Positions 1-9,700 of a stretch of 23,063 nucleotides of DNA are shown here, piece after piece. The DNA comes from a candidate division FCPU426 bacterium (GTDB taxonomy: Bacteria; Oederibacteriota; JAAXVQ01; JAUVAV01). Every line of letters begins with the position of its first letter. Positions within the stretch are counted from its first letter, which is position 1. The stretch is taken from the NCBI GenBank assembly GCA_030637655.1, contig DAOWGI010000028.1, forward strand, positions 1 through 23,063, written 5' to 3'. The position numbers were made by a program, and so were the translations under genes. The notes under the pieces are model-generated. The model worked only from the letters and a program-made list of their open reading frames with translations, was not told where the DNA came from and ran no database searches.

Positions 1-744
1 ATTAACCGGGGTTTTCAGGGCAATGGAAAAACCGTGGTCTGCATCCAGGATTTGCACTGTAATTATGAAGTGCAAAAGAACATTGCCGGCATTATTCAGC
101 ATTTGGTAAAAAAACATGGATTGAAACTCGTGGGTGAGGAAGGAGCATTTCACACGGTAGATACCTCGCCTATAAGCGCTTTTCCGATCAGGAAAGTCCG
201 GGAGGAAGTGAGTGATTATTTTGTCAAGCAGGGCAAGATCACAGGCGCGGAGCATTATGCTGCCATCAGTGGAGGCGCTATTCAACTGGAAGGCATTGAA
301 ACCCCGGAACTGTATGAAGCCAGCCAAAAAGCAGTGCGCAGTTTTTTAAATGCCGAGAGCCAGGGCTATTGCTATGATCTGCGTGATATGCTGGAAGAAT
401 TGAAAGCTGATATTTATAATTCCCAACTCTTGAAATTTGACCACAAGCGCGTAGCTTATCGCGAAGGTAATATCAGCATCCTGAAATACAGCGCGTATCT
501 GCACCGCACAGCCCGTAAGCTGCAATTGGATTTGGACGTGTATCCCAATTTGGCCCGCTTTTTAAGCCTGAAGCAAAACGTCTTTTCACCAAAAGTCGAC
601 CCGGACCAGCTTTTCCAGGAACTGGACAATTTGGATGCTGCTATCCGCCAACAGCTCTATACGGATAAAACGCAGCAGGAGTTGGATGAGCTTTATCATC
701 GTCTGGATATTGTTGAAAAGATGCTCAATATTTCTGTTTCCTAG
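1..744 (+). CDS. N-terminal part of giant mosaic membrane protein (5'-truncated by window edge; ends at an in-frame TAG)
   Basis: Frame is open from base 1 (INRGFQGNGKTVVCIQDLHCNYEVQKNIAGII...). It is the same frame as 787-9861, and the 14 codons after the TAG (EELQKFRTEREKYR) are open and helical-looking, so this is part of the downstream gene. Confidence 0.85.
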   Translation: MNRGFQGNGKTVVCIQDLHCNYEVQKNIAGIIQHLVKKHGLKLVGEEGAFHTVDTSPISAFPIRKVREEVSDYFVKQGKITGAEHYAAISGGAIQLEGIETPELYEASQKAVRSFLNAESQGYCYDLRDMLEELKADIYNSQLLKFDHKRVAYREGNISILKYSAYLHRTARKLQLDLDVYPNLARFLSLKQNVFSPKVDPDQLFQELDNLDAAIRQQLYTDKTQQELDELYHRLDIVEKMLNISVS

Positions 745-3700
745 GAAGAGCTGCAGAAATTCCGCACAGAGCGGGAAAAATACCGCATGAAAGAATTTGT
801 TGATTTTATTAATACCGTAGGGGCGATTCGTGAATCGCCCACCAATGAAGTGGATTATATTGAAAGTGAGATGTATGCCCTGGACGAGTATTTGAACCAG
901 GTGGAATATTTCTATCGCCTGGCCGATGAGCGCAGCATTCATTTTGTGGACAATATAATAAGGAAGATGGACGACCTGGACGAGAAGCTGGCAGTCATGA
1001 TAAACGGCGGATTCCACGCAGACATAGATTTGGCAGAACTAAAACGCCGGGATATCACCCATGTTTCGATCAAACCGCGCGTGACCAGGCAGGATGTGGT
1101 GAATCCGTATTTTGAATTGCTCCAGGACCGCCAGACCCCGCTGGAAAAACTGCTGGCCAAGAATCAGACGATTATGGCGATAATGTGCGGTTGGAGTAAA
1201 CAAGGATTTCGTCAGGAAACTGCCTTAAGCGTGAAAACCTTCGCCTATGCTATAGAAGCTGATGAATCGAGTAATCCAAATTTCGAAGAACAATTTTTGG
1301 AGTATAAGAAGGACCACAACATAACTGAATTATTTAAAATAAAAGAACCGGAAGCTGCCAAGCTGAAGATAAAATTGCCGAATGGTGTCAAAGCCTGCCA
1401 TGCGTTGATAAAAGGGAAATCTGAAATAAATATGGTTATGCTGATTACCAGAAAAGACCTTTTCTCAGAAGCCGGGCTTCAAAAAATGGGTTCGGTTGAT
1501 ACGAAACCAATTGGAAAGTACCATCTTTCACTTTTTTCGACTGAAAAACAAGCGGCTAAAGCAACACAAGCTATCAGTGTTCGAAACCAGCGGGTATCGG
1601 TTTTTACCAAAATTGGTGAAATGGCAAAAACTGTTTTTAAAATACCGGCTCGAATAGTAAGTTTTCTTTTCAAGCTGCCATCACGGGTAAGAACCATAAG
1701 CATACAGGCTTGGTTAAGCACAGCAATAGGAATAGCATTAGCAATATATACAATTACCGGCAATGTGCCTGGGCTAATGGCAGTGGTATCGCTGATAGTA
1801 AGCGTCTATATATATGAAAAGAATGTTGACAATTGGAATATATCATTTGCCGGTGTGCCGCGAGTGATAGAACAAGGGATAGTGGAGGTTGGACAAAAAA
1901 CCAAACTTGTTTCATTGAACGAAGGGCGGTCGGGGGATCAGGACTTACCGGAGAAAATAACGTCAGGCAGCACAATTCCGGCAAAGTATGAGAAAAAAAG
2001 AGCGCTGGTATCGACCTTTCTACAATTAAATAAATGGATAATGGTGGTTATATTAGCCGCTAGTCTGACATTTACTCAAGGCTGCATATTTACAATTAAA
2101 ATGAAATATTATGGAATGACCAGACCGGGTATCTTGGAAAAAAGGGAAACATTATTGCCAAGATTTAATTCGCGGATAATTAGCAAATATCCCAAAATTA
2201 GTAAGGGAGAAAAATTCACTCCTCAAGAAAAAGAAAAAGTTTTGCAAGAGCTAATTGAAGTTATATCGAAAAATAAATTTTTAGCAGTCAAAGCTAATAG
2301 AGGAATAAAAGGCCTGCCCAGATTTTATAATTCAAATTATTATCTGGAAAACCTGAATTCTATCATTGTTGAAGCTTGGGGCGGTTATGATGCACTTAAT
2401 GAAGCGCTGTTGCACGCAGAGGGTTCCGAATTTGAAAGAAGCGAAATAAATATCATACAAATCGCGCCGGAAGATCTGGTTAGAGCCGGCCAAGATCCAT
2501 TAAAATATGAGAAAAAAACAATAAACTTGCCAAAGGGAAGTTTTAGCGCACATTTGGAGGAATTCACATTTGAGGAAATAAATCGCATCTGGAAGTTCTG
2601 GTACCGGGAATGTACATACCGTTTAAAAAATCCACGCAAATTCTTCCGGTTCATGCACTTAATTGAAAAAAGCCGAAAATCTAAATCTGAATTTATAAAA
2701 AAAATGATCTCGGACGGTCACTCTGAGGCTGTCGCAAAAACTATAGGAACATTTTTAGAAAAAGTGTCGAAAATCATGCCACAACTGGAATTTTCAGATA
2801 ATCCAATGAAATTTATTATGGATGAGATTACGACCATGCGGGATAAGAAAAAAAATAAAGAAACAGCGCCAGGCACTAAAACCGGCGGATTTATGTCCCT
2901 TGGTCTGGACGGAAACGTAAAGAAGTTACTAAAGAAGTTTTCTGAAGACCCCGGGAAACAGCTAAAAGGGTTTAGAGAGCAAGTGTTGTTTAAGTCGCCG
3001 ATTTGGGAGCTGTGGTGGCAGGCATTTGGGTTATTACCCATACTCGGGGGTATATTAGGGATTATTATAGCGAATAAATTAGGAATTATAGCGCCAGATG
3101 ACTGGGCGATCATCTTGGCGGGAGACATGTTTGGATTTTTCTTAGGATTCTGGCTGGCAGTACCTATATTTGGTCAGCGGCATTTAAAGAAAGGTGAGTT
3201 TAATAAGGATATTTTTATTAATGCCGTTAAGTTATGGTACATCTATGGGATATCGGCAATAGTAGGAGGCCTTTATATACCACTATTCTTATTTGGCGGC
3301 GGGTACTTCGGGTACTTAATGTTAATAGGGTTTGTGATTTTGGGTGGAATCGGTACGGTGATAACTCATAGGGATATCAATTACAATAAACTCAGGAATT
3401 TAGAATTGGAGATTTTGAATAGTATTGTCAAAGAAGACAGAGGTTTCGTAAGTTCAATAAATGAAGTGATATCCAGCGCCAATAAGCAAAATAAATTGCC
3501 GTCAGAAGTAATGGAAAATATGTTAGAGGCAGCGGCCAATACAAAGCTTATTAAACTACAGACTGAATTGGCAAAGCAACTGCTTGAAAAGGAAAAATAT
3601 AAAGAAGCGGCTTTTATGGCAATGCCTTCCAGAGGAAAAGGCGAGCCAGGCCGTATGAGTGTTGAAAAAGCGGCAGCAGTTCAAAAGGCGAAGCATACAG

Positions 3701-6700
3701 GGAAAGTGCAACGTTTCTTATGGAACCTGCGTAAAACCGGCCAAATATTGTTTGATTCAGAATCGCGCCTTATCGGAAGAAAAACACTGCTCATGTTTTC
3801 TATAATTACCATAATAGTGCTGGCTGCCATCACCTATAGATCAGACAAGTCAGGTCAAATTGCAGAACAAAATCAGAAGCTAAACGCGCCAATTATCAAG
3901 AGATTAAGCTTGGAAGCTAAAGAACAGGGTTTTACAGTAGATGACCAGAGAGTGGCAATGTGGAAAGAGCAATTAAATAAGCATCTCACGGCATCAGACA
4001 AAAAGACGGAAGAAGATACAATTCTGTATTATTCTAGAGAAGAAGCAAAACGGCGGCACATGGCACTTGCTGCAATACTGGAACAGTTAAAAATAAAGGT
4101 GGAAGAACTTAATCTTCCAACAGACGAAGAGATAAATAATAAATGGAAGAGGCAACTGGAACAAGGAGATAAAGGGTGGGAAGCGCGCAAAATTATTGCT
4201 GCGCTGCTTAAGATTTGGAGTGAGCATAATGAATTAAATAAGCCGGTTATTAAGAGGTTAAAGTCAGAAGCTCGAAGCCTCCCGGGTTTTGTAATGGACT
4301 ACCGGGAACAGAAAAAGTGGGAGAAGCGCTTAAACCAGCATACTTGGAAATTGGGTAAGTGGTGGGAAGAAAAGAAAATTAAACAGGATATGCTAAGAGA
4401 AAATAATGAAAAGCTAAACGCGCCAATTATCGAGAGGTTAATGTTGGAAGCTGAAAAACTGGGTCTTGCAGCAAATCAACAGAGAGTGAAAGAGTGGGAA
4501 GGGCGATTAAACCAGTTTCCTAACGATGCGCACGACAAGCGTAAGGAAAAAGACACAATTGCATACGAACTGGAACAAGAAGCAAAATGGCGGTACATGT
4601 CACCTGCTAGGCTGGCGGCGTATTTAAAAGCAGAGGCGGAAAGTGGATATCTTACAGTAGACAAAAACCAAGTGGCAAAATGGACGAAGCAATTAGAAAA
4701 AGATAAATTGCCGGCAGCGCGTAGAATTATGGATGAGCTTGATAGGCTTTGGGCGCTGCATCTGAAACTAAATGAGCCGATTATCAAACGTTTAGAGTCG
4801 GATGCTGCACGCCTGGGCAAGCCGTTACGCAAAGATGTAATAAGAGATTGGGAGAGAGTGGCAGAGTGGAACAAGCGCTTAAACCAACATACTTGGAAAT
4901 GGCGTAAAGAGCAGGAAGAAGAAAAAATCAAACAGGATATGGCAAAAACAGAGCCAGTCACTGAAACCCGGGATGAAAGGTGGGAGCGCGTCGAAGGGCC
5001 GGCGTTTAGAAGTCTGAAAGGGTTCCCTGACGATCCGTATTACAAGCCTAAGGCCACTAAATCCGGCAGATTTATGTCCCTTGGTCTGGACGGAAACGTA
5101 AAGAAGTTACTAAAGAAGTTTTCTGAAGACCCCGGGGAACAGCTAAAAGGATTCAGAGAGCAAGTGTTGTTTAAGTCGCCGATTTGGGAGCTGTGGTGGC
5201 AGGCGGCCGGGATAGTATTACCCGCACTTGGGATGATAGCGGGGGCTATTATAGAGCCGGATTACCTTGGTATCAGAGGGTTTGGCGGCATGTTTGGAAT
5301 TATCGCAGGATTAGCGCTGGGAGTTATGTTTTATGCCCAGCGTCATGTAAAGCATAGCAAGGTTAGTGATAAAACAGGGTACTATATTAAAGCGCTAAGT
5401 ATATATTTTCCCTATGGAGTGTTGGGATTTGTATTATTTGTCTTTCTTAGCCCCACGTTCTTATTCAACATAGTATTCCTGTACATGATAATAGGTGGAC
5501 TGTTGATAGGTATATATCCCACATTTCGGAATCATAGGTCTATCAATCGCGATATACTCAGGGAGTTAGAATTGAAGATTTTGGCTGGTATTGCCGATGA
5601 AGAAGAAGATGAAGTCGCGCGTTCAATAGGTGGTGAAGTGATACTCAGCGCCTTTAAACAAAAGAAATTGCCGTCAGAAGTGATAGAAAACATGTTAAAG
5701 TCGACGGCCAATCCTGAAGTTGTTGATCCTAACGTTGTTGATCTGATGTCTCGAAAACAAAAATCTCTTGAAATACCGTCAGAATTGGTAAGACAAGTGT
5801 TTACAGAAGAAAAATATTTAGAAATGATAGAAAGGTTAAAGTTAACCAAAGTTTCTGATAAAGATAAAAATGATAAACTTCGTAAAATACAGACTAAATT
5901 GGCAAAGCAACTGCTTGAAAAGGGAAAATATAAAGAAGCGGCTTTTATGGCAATGCCTTCCAGAGGAAAAGGCGAGCCAGGCACCAAAGACAGCACTATT
6001 CTCCCGCAAGCAGTACGCTGGTTGTTGGCAGTGCCTTTGGGTATATCCGGTATCATGATGAGTGGTTTTAATCTCTGGCAGGCGCCCACTCCTGGTTCAG
6101 GCTTGCATACCACGCTTTCTGTTCTTAAAGTCCGCCTATTTAAATCCAAAGAGTCATCATTTTCCGGCAAACTTAAATGGCTAAAGGCTGCGCCCATGAT
6201 GTTAATGCCCGTGATGGCAATAACAATGCTCGGCACAAACTTATTCCTCGCTAGCTGGTCAATAATTGCAATACCTTTAAGTTTGATATTATATATAGTG
6301 CATACCAGGATAAACAAGAAATTTCTTTCGTGGCTCGAGAATTTTTTTGGCGGAAGTATGTTTTTTCTTCTTGTGACCCATATTTTTGGAGGACTTAGTA
6401 TTGCCGGAGAAGAAGCAAGTGCGCAATTTTCAGGGCTATACGGAATAGACTTTTTAATTGGTATCGGGGTAGTTGCAGTTGCTTTAATTGTGGTTAGTAT
6501 TATTTACCGGCAAATGCGTAGCAAAAAACAAATGAGAGAATCTTCCTTTGAGAAAACCGTGCCGGCCATTGGATTACAGGACAAATCGGATTGGTATAAG
6601 ACTTGGAGGATTATAGAAAAACATTTTGCAGTTCTAGCAAAAACAAAATTAAATAAGATTCGAAAATTAGATTTTGAAGATCCAGGCAATTATGCTGAAT

Positions 6701-9700
6701 TTCAACTTTATTACCTTCAACATCCTCACGAACTGCACAACTTTAATGTTTTTATAAATCATATTCAAAACTATTGGAGACTTGCTTTTGAAACTGCTGG
6801 GGATACGAACAATATTTTGTTTTACAAAAAGAAAGAAATGTTGCGGCGAATTAATATAGTTTGTCTAAGGCAATACTATGAGGACTTTTTGCAGGCGCGA
6901 TCAGATCAAAGGATTGGAATGCGTAGTCAAGGTCCTAAGCCTATGAGTCTGGAAAAATATATAGATTTATTCTATACGGAATTTATCAAGGAAGAACATG
7001 CGCAACAATTTATTTTTAACCACTTGCGGAAAATGGAAATAAGAAAGGGACAAAAGTTTACTCTTAATTATTTTGTAACCCACCATGATGAAATACAAAA
7101 TGAATTCATAGAAATTGCGAAGACGGAAGCGCCTGATTTAGTCAATAAAATTATAGAAAATATAGCCGAGATTTCCAAACGCATTGAAAAAGAAGCCGAT
7201 TTTGATGAAGGGGAGATATTAAAAAAGGACTGTTTGACATTTGTCAAGCAAGTGTTTGGATTATATTCAGAAGTAAAAAAAGCGCCAGCCGCTGAGTCTG
7301 CTAAATTTAAGCAACCATCCCCCCTCACTCCCGGCGCAATTGCCTCCCCCCTGGCAAAATTTTTCAACTGGACGCTGAGCCAAGCGGGAAGGTATGAAGG
7401 CTGGGCGGTAGCGGGTTTTTATTTGATACCTGTGATGCGTTTTATTTTAAAGGACGCGCCTACTGTTAGTGATTTCGGCTGGCTTATCATCCTGCCTGCA
7501 GCCGTGATTTTTGTTGCCTTCTTAGCTGCCCATTATGGTTGGGGCGTGCTGCAATACGATTCTGACGAAAAGAAGTATAAATCTTCCCATAAATTAGATG
7601 CAGACCAAACAGCTTACCAAAGATTCAAGCTTGCCCTCCAAGCCACCATGACCGCCACTGTAAGTTCGCTGCTAGGTCTGGCAGTGGTGGCAATAATAGC
7701 TGCCACGGGCTGGCTGGGGCCAGTGGCTTTAGTGCTCGCAGTGCTCGCTGTTCCTTTTGGCAGTTGGCTGCATGAACGAATGAATCTCCCGGCCGAAAGA
7801 GCAAATATTAATTTTTCTGATACTAAAAAGTATCAGTCATTAGAGAAGCTTTATGAAGATATGAAAATAAAGCCTCAGAATAGTAAAAAACCCTTAGCCG
7901 GGCACGTAATTGGAGAACGCCTGTCAGAATATGTGGATAATATATTCGGAAAAAAATATAATCTGATGAAGAATGTGCGTTTCTTGATCGGGCCTGCTTT
8001 TAGTGTCTCCTTTCAGGAAATGAATCCGGATGCAAAGGAAGATATAACCCCGGAATATCTCAAAGAAGAAACAGTATTAGTAATTTCTATGCCCAAGTGG
8101 CTCTGGAATATTGCCAAAAAAGACAAAAATATCAAATGGTGGTACCCGTTTGTTCATTATATACTGGGAATACGCTTGAAATTGAGTTTATCCTATCTTT
8201 CTCTGGAAAAGCGGTTTCTCTATAAATTGATTGAATCGGGCTGGGATCGCAAGGGCAAGGTGCTTAAATATATTTTGGAAAAAAGTCCTGATGTGGAGCG
8301 GATCATTGAGCCCAGGAAAGAACGACCTCAGGCTGATAAAGATCTCCCAATCGGTTTGGAGGCCTTTTTGCAGATATGCAACCAGGAACTGGGAGTGTCG
8401 ATTGCCGGTGAAAAACTTAAAGCAGAACTAAGCTCTGATTTAGCAGATGAGAATATGCAACAGGAGATTAAAGCGGCCAAGAAAAATCCAAGGAAACGGG
8501 CGGAACTATTTAGAAAGCATCCTTATTGGTTCCAGAAACGCCGGGTTGACACTATGCTGAATGCCGCGCAATCCGGGGAAAATACCCTGGCCAGGATGTT
8601 GATGCCGGATTTAGATGCTGACAAGTCTTTAAAGACCAAGGCGGAAAAGGCGCTGTCAGCAGCCATAATACGCGGCGATAAGGTAGACTTGCAGTATGAT
8701 TTTACTATAGCTGATCTTGAAATGATTCATTTACAGGCTTTTCCTGAAATGGCCGAGAGATTATTAGCAGAACAGGGAGATGCGCTGAAGAACTCTCCGG
8801 TATTAGAAATGGTATTGAAAGAAATGAAAAATGCTGAGCCAGGAAAGATAATCAGTATCAGTGTAGATGACCAAATCAGGGAATTGGTTAAAAAATACCA
8901 GGGCGAGAGAAAAGAAGAACTCACGCACTCTTTTGATCTGGGTAAAACCGCGGATGGTGATAGCGCTTACGCTATTGCTAACACGGCTGAGTTGGAGGCA
9001 TATAAAGTTAAAACAGAAGCTGGAACAATAACATTCTATCTGTCAACAGTCGGCCAGGTAAAGGTTGCTAAAGACGGTGACCTCGCTGAGGTTATCCGGA
9101 ATATAAATAGCCAAAAGCAGGCAATAAAACTCTTTGCTGGCCGGGATTCTTTGGCGCAAGGAATAGCAGCGGTAAATTTGAAGCGCAAGCTCAGTGAAAG
9201 CGCTAAAATTAAAATATGGATAAGCAATAAGCTGCGGTTTGGACTAAGCAGCCGGCATAGTTCTGTGGCTGCCGAAAATCCGGACGGCTATTTTAATTAT
9301 ATGGTTGAGCAACTGGAAGCTGATATACAAGCGCAAATGACGACGGCTGAGGTGAAAAAAACGTTTATCCCATTTATCACAGAACTCAAAAGACCGGGCA
9401 GTGATGTGCAAAAGGCAGTCAAAGCTGTGCTGAAGACCGCCAACCAAGACCAGGAAACCAAATTCCAGGCGCAGGAGCAATTAGCGCATGAGCTGCGGGC
9501 CCTGGTTACAAATTATAGTAAAATATTTCAGTCTGAAAATATTAAGGAAAATGAGGTTCTTCTGGCGGAGAATATTTTAAATATTGAAGCCTTTAGCCGC
9601 TTTGCCGAGTTAATGAACCCAATTATGGTAGTGGAACGAAATTACGCAACGCCTGATAAGCATGGGGAGTTGCAGAGTTTAATAGAAGAATTGGGGATCA

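Noticed and set aside
742-744. Genome-wide TAG reassignment (alternative genetic code)
   Set aside because: dnaG ends at TAG at the expected length, and no other gene in the window has an internal TAG.
2874-5982. Diversity-generating retroelement TR/VR pair
   Set aside because: No reverse transcriptase in the window, both copies are coding and mid-gene, and neither copy has A at all mismatched positions (one is T/C).
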